Source: an uncultured Spirochaetaceae bacterium
GTDB taxonomy: Bacteria > Myxococcota_A > UBA9160 > UBA4427
Assembly: GCA_964474355.1 (NCBI GenBank)
Contig: CAYYSY010000105.1
Span: 7,649-71,648 of the forward strand
DNA length: 64,000 nt
Direction of reading: 5' to 3'
The translations under genes and the position numbers were made by a program. Below are positions 36,574-44,932 of the stretch, piece by piece. How positions within the stretch are numbered: the stretch's first letter is position 1; every line of letters starts with the position of its first letter. Under the pieces are notes generated by a model. The model was not told where the DNA came from and did no database searches. It saw only the letters and a list, made by a program, of their open reading frames with translations.

Positions 36574-36939
36574 ATGCGCGTGCGCCCGACCCTCGTCCTG
36601 CTGATCGCGTCGCTCTGCACCGGCGCTGCCTTCGCCGAGGACGACCTGCCCGAGATCGACGCCACGGTCGAGGAGACGAGCCCCACCTGCACCGGCGACC
36701 CGCTTCGCTTCGTCAGCCAGCACGGCTACACCCACGAAGGCGACTGGCAGGTCTTCACGCTCCGCAACATGGCGCCCGGCCCGGGCTGCCGGATCAAGGT
36801 CTGGTTCGACGTCTACCGGCGCGACGCCAAGCACGCGCAGGGCACGGTCTTGCTCGAGGTGCCGAAGACCAACACGGTCTGGGTCGACCGCAAGACGAGC
36901 TTCCCGAAGGTCTGGGTGCGCTACGCGCGCTTCGAGTGA
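36574..36939 (+). CDS. Hypothetical secreted protein with two Cys
   Basis: Signal peptide MRVRPTLVLLIASLCTGAAFA; host-like codon usage. Confidence 0.6.
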   Translation: MRVRPTLVLLIASLCTGAAFAEDDLPEIDATVEETSPTCTGDPLRFVSQHGYTHEGDWQVFTLRNMAPGPGCRIKVWFDVYRRDAKHAQGTVLLEVPKTNTVWVDRKTSFPKVWVRYARFE

Positions 36940-36997
36940 CCGGCGGGCCGCACCGCCCGCGTCCGAACGGCGGCGGGCCCGGGGCAGCGTCGCATCG

Positions 36998-37366
36998 TTA
37001 CGAGAGCACTCCGCACGTATCAGAGAGCGCCATGCGCACGAGCGGGATGCAGACGAACGAGGTTGCCCACACGAGCACGATGCGCGCAACATGGAAGTAT
37101 CGCAGCGCACGAGCTGCGTCGGCGTCGTGCGTGCTCGAGCCGCTGCGAAGCCGAAGCTCGGCGTAGCGGCACACGATGAGCCCGACGGTCAGACTGGCAG
37201 GAAGCCCGAGGAAGGCAAGCCAGAACGTCGGCTGAATGTCCACCAGTGAGCAGCGCACGTCTCGCTCCGTCAGCGCAACCAGGAATGCGAGCGCATTGAC
37301 GACCATGAAGGCGACGATCGCGTCGCTGTAGTTGACGAGTCGATCGGCGATTGCGTCTCTCGTCAC
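36998..37366 (-). CDS. Hypothetical membrane protein (3 TM)
   Basis: Three hydrophobic segments; follows the cytochrome c gene on the same strand. Confidence 0.55.
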   Translation of the reverse strand: MTRDAIADRLVNYSDAIVAFMVVNALAFLVALTERDVRCSLVDIQPTFWLAFLGLPASLTVGLIVCRYAELRLRSGSSTHDADAARALRYFHVARIVLVWATSFVCIPLVRMALSDTCGVLS

Positions 37367-37404
37367 GACTTCCTCCGATCGTCTGCCTCGGTGCCGCCGC
37401 CCGA

Positions 37405-37839
37405 TCAGGGCCCCGGCTGTGGATCGTCCAGCAGCGCCCGCCGCGCTGATCCTGGATCGCGAAGCGGCGCCCGTCTCGCTCGCCCCACCTCGTGCTCCGT
37501 CAACGGCGACTCGAGCTCGACCCCTCCGAACTCCTCGATCACCCAGTTGAGCAGACGCGCGAGTCGAGCGTCGTCGACCGGTGACTGGGCCGCACCGGGA
37601 ACGCGCATCAGGTAGTCACGCCCCCCCGGCCGAAGCGCCACCTCGCCGACGCCACCGAGCCCGGGCACCACGTCGTTCGCACCTGCTCCATCGAGCCCAT
37701 GACACGCGGAGCAGTGCAGGACGTAGTCCTCTTCGACGGGGGGCATGGACGCCGCATCGCCTGCCACGGCCGGCACCGCCATGAACGCACACGACACGAT
37801 CGCGAGGCCACGTGCCAGCTGCGGCCGCCGACCGTTCAC
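37405..37839 (-). CDS. Periplasmic monoheme cytochrome c
   Basis: GTG start overlaps the mauA stop; signal-like N-terminus; HCSACHG (CxxCH). Confidence 0.8.
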   Translation of the reverse strand: MNGRRPQLARGLAIVSCAFMAVPAVAGDAASMPPVEEDYVLHCSACHGLDGAGANDVVPGLGGVGEVALRPGGRDYLMRVPGAAQSPVDDARLARLLNWVIEEFGGVELESPLTEHEVGRARRAPLRDPGSARRALLDDPQPGP

Positions 37840-38387
37840 TTCTCGGGCTGCCGCTCGGTCGCGACCCCCAGCACGATGGCCGTCGAGCAGTGGTAGGTCT
37901 GCACCTCGGCGCCCGCGCACCAGTTGATGTCGTTGTTGCGGAACCAGTGGTAGTCGGGGCGCTCGCCCTCGTTGCGATTGCACATGCAGCGGCCGCAGAA
38001 GGCCTTGCCGCAGCAGTCGTTGTAAGAGATGAGGTAGTCGCGGCCGTCCGCGGGGTTGCGGCAGGTGCCGACCCAGGTGACCGGGCTCATCTCGGTGCCC
38101 GGCGGACACTTCGACGCGCTGCCGCCGCAGCAGGCGCAGGCGAAGCCGTCGATCCCGCAGTGGCGCCAGTACTCGCACTTCGTGGGGTCGCCCCGGTCGC
38201 CGTCGGGCTCGGGGGCGTTCACGTCGGATGGCGACGGCCCGCCCGCCCGCGCCACCGGCAGCAGCGGCATGACTGCGCCGCCGACGAGCACACCGCCCAG
38301 ACGCGCGAGGAAGCTGCGGCGGCCGAAGCCACGAGCGAGCGAGCGGGCGGAGCGCTCGGCCCAGACGTCGAGGCGACTTCGCATCAT
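37836..38387 (-). CDS. mauA: TTQ amine dehydrogenase small subunit (MauA/AauA family)
   Basis: Tat motif GRRSFL; CEYWRHC, CPPG, VTWVGTC and NDINWC (the two TTQ Trp positions); 14 Cys. Confidence 0.95.
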   Translation of the reverse strand: MMRSRLDVWAERSARSLARGFGRRSFLARLGGVLVGGAVMPLLPVARAGGPSPSDVNAPEPDGDRGDPTKCEYWRHCGIDGFACACCGGSASKCPPGTEMSPVTWVGTCRNPADGRDYLISYNDCCGKAFCGRCMCNRNEGERPDYHWFRNNDINWCAGAEVQTYHCSTAIVLGVATERQPEK

Positions 38388-39052
38388 TCGGGCTTCTCCT
38401 TGCGGAGCGAGATGTTCTGCAGCGCGATCACGGTGCCCTTCACGTCCACGTCGTCCTTCTTCGGGCGCTTCGCTGCGAGGTGATCCTGGATCGTGGCGAA
38501 GTCCATCACGTCCGCGAGGAAGAGGCTCTCGAGATGCTCACGCGAGTTGACCAGACCGCGGGAGCGCACGATGCCCCGCTCGTCGATCAGCACCGCTGTC
38601 GGCAGCTTCGCGACCTCGTACGCGAGCCCCAGCTCGGTCGAGATCAGATACGGCACCTCGTCGAGCCCGCGCGTCTCGACGAACTCACGGTGGATCTCCG
38701 GCGTGTCACCGTCGCTGGCGAGCAGGAGCTGCACGTTGTTCGACTCGTCTCGCACCACCTTCTGCAGCGTCGGCAGCAAGGTGTCGCAGACGGGGCACGT
38801 GGGCGAGAGAAAGAAGAGGAGCGTGCGCGGCCCGGCACCGCCGACCTTCACGCGAAAGCCGTCGAGGTCGGTCGCCTCGATCACCGGCGCGGGCTCGCCG
38901 ATCTTCGGCCCCTGTTGCGAGACCATCGCCCCGACGGGCGCGATGCGTTCGTGCAGCAGACCGATCTGCCGCGTGAGCGCAACGATCACCGCGCCGAGCA
39001 CCAGCACGAGCACCCAGAGCAGGACGTTCGAGACGACGAGCGCATCGTTCAT
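38384..39052 (-). CDS. mauD: Methylamine utilization protein MauD (thioredoxin-like)
   Basis: N-terminal TM, RQIGLLHERIAPVGA, FLSPTCPVC, KGLVN-type RGLVNSREHLESL; ATG overlaps the mauE stop. Confidence 0.92.
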   Translation of the reverse strand: MNDALVVSNVLLWVLVLVLGAVIVALTRQIGLLHERIAPVGAMVSQQGPKIGEPAPVIEATDLDGFRVKVGGAGPRTLLFFLSPTCPVCDTLLPTLQKVVRDESNNVQLLLASDGDTPEIHREFVETRGLDEVPYLISTELGLAYEVAKLPTAVLIDERGIVRSRGLVNSREHLESLFLADVMDFATIQDHLAAKRPKKDDVDVKGTVIALQNISLRKEKPE

Positions 39053-39639
39053 GTCGATGTCTCCCGCGAGCGAACGAGAGGCGCCGTCGCGGCCATGACG
39101 TGCACCGCCACCCAGACGAGTGTGAGCGCAAGGAGCCCGCCGGCCAACGAGAGGAAGTCGATCCAGTACAGCGGCCGCGATGAAGCCGGCATCAGGACGA
39201 GGGCTCCCGCGCAGCTGGCCAGCACGCCATTGCGGACCAGCAGCCAGGGGCCGATGCGCGGCGACTTGCCGGCAGGGCCGAGACAGCCACAGTCGATGTC
39301 GCGGCGGCCGCGCGCGAGGTTGACGCCGATGCCCGCCGAGTAGAGCACGAGCAGCGCGATGGCGCCGAGTGCGGCGAGCGAGCCGACCGTCGCCAGGGCG
39401 CCGGGGCCCGGTCCACTGAAGCCCGACACGACGAGCCCCACCGCGACGGCGGCCTCGGCCAGCGTCGCCGCCACCGCATGGAAGTGCGCCCACTCGACCG
39501 GCGTCACCTTGTAGTCCGCGATGATCTGCGTCGCCGCGTCGAGATCGCGGGCCTTGTGCACCGCAGCCTGTATGAAGACTCCGGCGAGGGCCAGCCGAAG
39601 CAGCCAGGCGATCATCGGATCGACCGAGAGCCCCATCAT
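39049..39639 (-). CDS. mauE: Methylamine utilization protein MauE (DoxX-like membrane protein)
   Basis: AAVHKARD, RGRRDIDCGC, LLVRN; several TMs; ATG overlaps the mauB stop. Confidence 0.9.
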   Translation of the reverse strand: MMGLSVDPMIAWLLRLALAGVFIQAAVHKARDLDAATQIIADYKVTPVEWAHFHAVAATLAEAAVAVGLVVSGFSGPGPGALATVGSLAALGAIALLVLYSAGIGVNLARGRRDIDCGCLGPAGKSPRIGPWLLVRNGVLASCAGALVLMPASSRPLYWIDFLSLAGGLLALTLVWVAVHVMAATAPLVRSRETST

Positions 39640-40958
39640 CACGGCACCTCGAGCCGCATGCCGCCGAGCCCGACCTGCGAGAGGTTGCGCAGATGCTCGC
39701 CGGTCCGGCCGTCGAGGATCGCCACCGCACCACGCTCGCCGTGCCGCACGAAGACGACCGGCTTCGCGTCCTTCGACACGGTCACGGTGTCGGCCCCCTC
39801 GCGCGGGATCAACGTCTCGAGCAGCCAGGGCACGAACCCGTCGGGCCCGATCTCCATCATGTCGACGAGGAAGGCAGCGGTGAAGTTCGGCAGCGCGACG
39901 CGAGCGACGCGCTCGCGGGCTGCGGCGTCGAAGATCCAGAGCTCGGGGCCCGGGTCCTTGTGCGAGCCGGGGCCCCCCTGATGGAAGAGCACGTAGAGCC
40001 GCCCCGTCGGCGCGTTTGCGGCCATGAGCTGCCGGCCCCCCGGCCGCCAGCCCGCTTTGCGATCGGCGGCGTCGACCATCGACCACGTCTCGACGCTCGG
40101 CGTCTCGCCCGAGAAGTCGACGGCGTGCAGCTGGCCCGAGAACGTCGGGAAGTGCCACGTGTCACCGATGCGACCCGCCGCGAGCATCGCCGGGTCTTCG
40201 ATGGGATCGAAGAACCGCTCGCTCGCGACGTCGCCGGCGAGCTGACCCGACTCGTCGAGGCGGAACACGTGCACGGTGCCGCTGCCGCAGAGCATCGCCC
40301 ACGCGCGGGGACCGATCGGATAGATGCCCGCGCAGCCCGCCGTCGGCACCTCGGCGACGAAGGCCCGCGTCTCGAGGTCGATGATCGAGACCGAGGTCAA
40401 CGGAAACTGGTTGTAGACGGCGAGGAAGCGCTCGCCGTCGAGCAGCGCCGTGTACGCGAGCGAAGCCGCGCTCTCGGCGGCGCGCGTCGGAAAGACGATG
40501 TCGCCCTTCACGTCGAGCGTGTGGTCGTCGTAGATGGTGACGAAGTCGGTGCGCTTGCCGCGCCGGCCGCGGTCATAGTCGATCTCGACCGAGTAGAACT
40601 CGCCCCGGCGAGCCGAGTAGAGCGGTGGCTTCGGCGAGATCGTCGTCCCGCTGTCGATCGTGGCGTGCATGGCGCCGGTGTCGCCGTCGAAGAGCTGGGC
40701 ATGGAGGAAGACGGCGTCGACGACCCAGACGAAATGGGGACCGATCGGGGGCACGGTGGCGGAGTCGAGCCGGCCGACGGACGCGGCCGCTTCGCGATCT
40801 CCCCCTTCTTCTCTGGCGGCGGCTTCGTGGAGGCCGGTCGACAGCGCGAGTCCTGCAGCCAGCACCGCCGTGCCGAGGCGAAGTGCAGCCGACGTCGCGG
40901 GCGTGGACCGTCGAAGCCAGCTCTCACGCCGGGGGCGCAGGCGGTCGCGCACGGGCAC
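39639..40958 (-). CDS. mauB: TTQ amine dehydrogenase large subunit (MauB/AauB family beta-propeller)
   Basis: RGKRTDFVTIYD, VYNQFPLTSVSIIDL, PTAGCAGIYP, LCGSG, HKDPG; first gene of the mauBEDA operon; start may be GTG 40952. Confidence 0.88.
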   Translation of the reverse strand: MPVRDRLRPRRESWLRRSTPATSAALRLGTAVLAAGLALSTGLHEAAAREEGGDREAAASVGRLDSATVPPIGPHFVWVVDAVFLHAQLFDGDTGAMHATIDSGTTISPKPPLYSARRGEFYSVEIDYDRGRRGKRTDFVTIYDDHTLDVKGDIVFPTRAAESAASLAYTALLDGERFLAVYNQFPLTSVSIIDLETRAFVAEVPTAGCAGIYPIGPRAWAMLCGSGTVHVFRLDESGQLAGDVASERFFDPIEDPAMLAAGRIGDTWHFPTFSGQLHAVDFSGETPSVETWSMVDAADRKAGWRPGGRQLMAANAPTGRLYVLFHQGGPGSHKDPGPELWIFDAAARERVARVALPNFTAAFLVDMMEIGPDGFVPWLLETLIPREGADTVTVSKDAKPVVFVRHGERGAVAILDGRTGEHLRNLSQVGLGGMRLEVP

Positions 40959-41148
40959 GTCTCCTTCGAAGCCAGGAGGCGGCCTGACGCCGCCACTCCG
41001 CGATTCTACTGCCCTGGAGAGACACTGTGCATGCGAAGTGCCGCAGAGCGCCCCAGCCGGGGCTCAACACCCTGCCAGAGCGCAGAACCCCGATCGAGCT
41101 CGAGCCCGACCGGGGTCCCTCGTCTCCGGATGCGGTCTGGAGATGCTT

Positions 41149-41904
41149 CTAGGTGCGGCGCCGTCCGGCGTAGCCCAGGCCGATGAGCCCCACGCCCATG
41201 AGCACGGCGGTGGCCGGCTCGGGCGCGACGCCGTACTCGACGTTGTCGATGGCGCCGGAGCCGCCCATCAGGAGCTCGGCGCTCACGATGTCCTCGAGGC
41301 CGTGCCGAGCGGCGAAGATCGGTTCGATGCGGTTTGCGGTGTTGTCGCCGATGTCGAAGCCCGACAGCACGCTCGCGAAGTCGATGGTCGCCGTGGCCCC
41401 CTCGCCATCGGTGAGCGTGATCGCACCGTTCTCGGCCATCGTGCTGTCGACGTCGATCAGGTCGAAGCCGATGAACGGCGTCGCGACGCCGAACTCGAAG
41501 GTGAGCGTGCCGGCCGGGCGGCTCCCTTCGTCGTCGGGGCGCGTGCACCTGCCGGTCGAGCAGCCGGCGGTGTTCTCCTGGACGATGAGAATCCGCCCGA
41601 GCGGCACGCCGACGAGATTTCCGCCGTCCCAGGCGTACTCGAGGTCGGGATCCTCGGTCTGCCCATCGAAGTCACTGTCGAAGGCCACCGCGTAGTCGTC
41701 GGCGGGATCGTGGAAGCGCGGGTTGTCGGCGCTGATCGTGATTCCGTCGAAGCCCGTGACCACGTCGCCGTGGTCGAGCCCGTCGAAGGTGATCGTCAGC
41801 GCGGCGGCGGTCGAGGGGGTCGTCGCGAGCGCGAAGAGACCGACTGCGAGAGCAGCGAAGAGCGTGCTGAAGGCGCGTCCGGCTCGGGTCTGGGTGAAGG
41901 GCAT
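41149..41904 (-). CDS. Small secreted PEP-CTERM protein
   Basis: Signal peptide ending AAA; ends APEPATAVLMGVGLIGLGYAGRRRT (PEP-TM-basic). Confidence 0.85.
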   Translation of the reverse strand: MPFTQTRAGRAFSTLFAALAVGLFALATTPSTAAALTITFDGLDHGDVVTGFDGITISADNPRFHDPADDYAVAFDSDFDGQTEDPDLEYAWDGGNLVGVPLGRILIVQENTAGCSTGRCTRPDDEGSRPAGTLTFEFGVATPFIGFDLIDVDSTMAENGAITLTDGEGATATIDFASVLSGFDIGDNTANRIEPIFAARHGLEDIVSAELLMGGSGAIDNVEYGVAPEPATAVLMGVGLIGLGYAGRRRT

Positions 41905-42240
41905 CGGTCTGCATCCGCCTGGAGAGCGTCGGGTTCCAGCCTGCGAGCGGTCTTCGCGGACCACCTCGTCCGGCTGCATGTGGTGTGGTCCGGGCGTTTG
42001 TGTCAGGGAAGTTCGGGGCGACGCCGGAGGCACGGCCCCGCGGGAGCGCACCTGGATCCACGCGACTCATCCGGCAAGAAAACTTGCAGTGACAGGGGTT
42101 TGCCGCTCCATGACTCTCGCTTCGTGGGACTGCCGGGCCCTCGTCATGCACGCAGGGCGCCGGCGCCGAAGCCCCGCGGAGTCGGCGGGTGCGTCAGCCA
42201 GTCGGCCAGTCGGGTTGAAGGCGAGACCGCGAAGACACGG

Positions 42241-42301
42241 GTGGATCTTCGAGTGGATCGTCGAGTGGATCGTCGAGTGGGTCATCGAGTGAACGATCGA
42301 G
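42241..42301. repeat. Five 12-bp tandem repeats in the intergenic region upstream of the response regulator
   Basis: gtggatcttcga gtggatcgtcga gtggatcgtcga gtgggtcatcga gtgaacgatcga. Confidence 0.9.
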
Positions 42302-42733
42302 CGAGCGAGCAGGGATCGATCAGCCGCGAACGAGTACGGGGGGCATGCCCCGCGACTCACGTCGGCGTCGTTCGGAGTCACCAAGGTGCGAGTGGCTCCG
42401 GACCCCGGATCGGAGCAATCCGGTTCCGAGGAAGGCGGCCATCGGCCGCTGGTGCCGACAGCGCCCCTCCGAGTAAGCCGCCGCAGTCTCGGAGGGGCGC
42501 GCACCCGTCACACACGTCACATGTGTGCGTTGTCCCTCACGCATCCCGTTCGCGAGCACGCCGCTCACCCGTCGGTCATGGGGAGCACCGATCGCCGCGA
42601 AGACCCTCCCTCGATTTCCACTGGGCGCGCATTCCGTTCACGCAACGGCGTGCGACTCTGGCATGATCGAGTGTCGGAAGCTCTCGTAGACATGGCGCCC
42701 CCCACGCCGCCGCGAACCGGAGCGATTCCTTCG

Positions 42734-43303
42734 ATGCGAATCCTCATCGTTGAAGACGACGACGAGCTCCGCGAGGCCATCGCGATCGACGCGCAGGGCT
42801 GGCCCATGCGCCACCGCGGCGGCGAAGGCGAGATCCTCACCGCACCGACTGCCGAAGAGGGCATCGCCCTGCTCGAGCTCGACCCCGAGTTCGTGCTCGT
42901 CGACGTGCGCCTCGGCGAAGACTCGGGCATTCGCGTCGTGAAGGCGGCGAGCCAGCGCCTGCAGCCGCCGAGCTGTCTCGCGATGAGCGGACAGGCGTCA
43001 GCCGAAGAGGCGTTCGAGCTCGCGCGGCTCGGCGTGCGCGGCTACCTCGCCAAGCCCTTCACCCTCGGCGAGCTGCGCGACATCGTCGAGCAGGCGGTCA
43101 ACGCTGCACCGCAGCTCGAGTCGGTGGCCCAGCAGGAGGTCGGCCACACCCCCATCCTCACCGTCCAGGACCGCGTCAAGAAGGCCATGCTCTTGCAGGC
43201 CCTCGAGCTCTGGGACGGCAACTACGTCAAGACCGCGAGCTCCCTCGGCGTGACCCGCCAGGCCGTCCAACAGATGGTCAAGCGCTACGAGATCGAGCGC
43301 TGA
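42734..43303 (+). CDS. Response regulator, receiver domain plus Fis-type HTH (RegA/PrrA-like architecture)
   Basis: ILIVEDD, VLVDVRL (phospho-Asp), MSG, YLAKPF; C-terminal ALELWDGNYVKTASSLGVTRQAV. Confidence 0.9.
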   Translation: MRILIVEDDDELREAIAIDAQGWPMRHRGGEGEILTAPTAEEGIALLELDPEFVLVDVRLGEDSGIRVVKAASQRLQPPSCLAMSGQASAEEAFELARLGVRGYLAKPFTLGELRDIVEQAVNAAPQLESVAQQEVGHTPILTVQDRVKKAMLLQALELWDGNYVKTASSLGVTRQAVQQMVKRYEIER

Positions 43304-43348
43304 AGGGCGAGCACCCCCCAATCGCACCGCATCCAAGGAGATCCGGAC

Positions 43349-44932
43349 ATGCCGAACCCCGCGAGCCAGACCGCTCTCTTCTCCGGTCCCGGGCGCTTCC
43401 CCGCCCTCGCGCTCTATCGATCCCGCGGCTCGCGACCGAAGCACGTTCGCGCGCGTGCAGCGGCGCTTCTCGACGAGATCCAGCAGCTGGGCCTGTCGAC
43501 CGAGCACATCCTGGTGGCTCTCTCGCCTGGCTCGCTGCGCGGACACCCCGACTCGCTGCCCGGCCACGACATCAGGCCGCAGGATCCGGGCAACGGCTTC
43601 GAGTTCGAGTTGGATGCGGCACTCGACGTAGCGGTCATGGTCCAGATTTCGGCGGCGACGGCGGAGGATCGCGTTCATGCGCTGCGCCTGGTGAAGCACG
43701 TACTCGAGGACGGCAACCACCTGCAGATCATCGAGGAGCTGCTCGGAGACGTGCGCACCAGCTACCGCGAGCCCTTCGGCTACCCGGACGGCAGGAAGCC
43801 CAGCGACGCAGCCGACATCCGCGGTGCGGCGCTCATCTCGAGCGGCGACCTGTCCGGCGGAAGCTGGATCTTCTATCAGCGCTTCGTCCACGATCTGGTC
43901 GAGTTCTTCAAGCAGGGTGAGAACGAGCGTCACGCGATCATGGGCATCGACTTCGAGGGCGACACCGTCCCCACCCCGCCGTCGGATCCGGCAACCCAGG
44001 GGCACGTCACGCTGGCGCGGCGTGTGAACCGCGACGCAGCGGGGCGCCCGCAGATCATCCGCCGCGGCTTCCCGTTCCGCGCGGCGAACGGCGAAGAGGG
44101 GCTCGTCTTCATCGGCGTGACGAATGAGCCGCTGAATTTCAAGGTCATCCTTCAGGCGATGTTGGGTGGCGCATCCAGCGCGACCCACGACGCGATGCTC
44201 GCGTTCGTCGACGCCGTGAGCGGGGGGCTCTTCTTCGCGCCTCCCAACGCGGCGTGGCTCGCCAAGGGACAGTCCGTACCGAGTGTCAGCGTCCCGTTGG
44301 ACGTCACGTCGATCGAGCGGCCGGTCGACGAAGCCGTGGTCCTCTACCCGTTTACGCCGAAGGGCCTCGACTACATGGAGCGGATGCGAAACGAGCTGAT
44401 CTTCGGCAACCCGGTCGGCTGGATCGATCCGGTCCCGAACCCCGACGACGAGATCGGCTCGAGCGTGGCGCAGTTCGCGCTGACCAAGAGCGAAGAGATC
44501 CACGAGGCCATTGCCGGCGGGGTCCCTGCCGACCCCCAGGTGCTCCGGGATCTCGAGGGGTGGCTGACCGACTTCGCCAACCTCCCCGCGCACTTGAAGG
44601 ACGAAATCCCGGCTGACGTCGACACCCTCGTCCAGGAGCTGATCATCGCGGCGAACAATGGACCGCTCACGGAGGCCAGCGTGACCGCGGCCGCAGCCAG
44701 CAATCGGCTGCTGAATGCGACGGCGGGTGCGAATCGCGCCATCGCATCGGGCGTCGACACGGTGCCGCCGCCGGTGCGTGACCTCGTGAACGGCACGGCC
44801 CGGGTCGTCGCGGGCACGGTGAACGCCGACCCCGTCATCAAGAACGCGCTCGACACCCTGCGCAACGAGGCGATGGCCGCGTCGGTGAAGGTCAACCAGG
44901 GTCAGGGCTTCTACATTACGCTGAACGTGTGA
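43349..44932 (+). CDS. DyP-type heme peroxidase with ~200 aa C-terminal extension of unknown family
   Basis: EPFGYPDG (GxxDG), GSWIFYQRFVHDL, proximal GHV, distal IIRRGFPF, GLVFIG, GGLFFAP; then non-DyP sequence ending GQGFYITLNV. Confidence 0.85.
   Translation: MPNPASQTALFSGPGRFPALALYRSRGSRPKHVRARAAALLDEIQQLGLSTEHILVALSPGSLRGHPDSLPGHDIRPQDPGNGFEFELDAALDVAVMVQISAATAEDRVHALRLVKHVLEDGNHLQIIEELLGDVRTSYREPFGYPDGRKPSDAADIRGAALISSGDLSGGSWIFYQRFVHDLVEFFKQGENERHAIMGIDFEGDTVPTPPSDPATQGHVTLARRVNRDAAGRPQIIRRGFPFRAANGEEGLVFIGVTNEPLNFKVILQAMLGGASSATHDAMLAFVDAVSGGLFFAPPNAAWLAKGQSVPSVSVPLDVTSIERPVDEAVVLYPFTPKGLDYMERMRNELIFGNPVGWIDPVPNPDDEIGSSVAQFALTKSEEIHEAIAGGVPADPQVLRDLEGWLTDFANLPAHLKDEIPADVDTLVQELIIAANNGPLTEASVTAAAASNRLLNATAGANRAIASGVDTVPPPVRDLVNGTARVVAGTVNADPVIKNALDTLRNEAMAASVKVNQGQGFYITLNV

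Noticed and set aside
43349-44932. Encapsulin cargo DyP
   Set aside because: No encapsulin gene adjacent, and the C-terminus does not resemble the GSLxIGSL-type targeting peptide
43349-44932. DyP as a substitute for the missing MauG
   Set aside because: TTQ maturation is periplasmic and this DyP shows no Sec/Tat signal; it is embedded in a different, divergent operon
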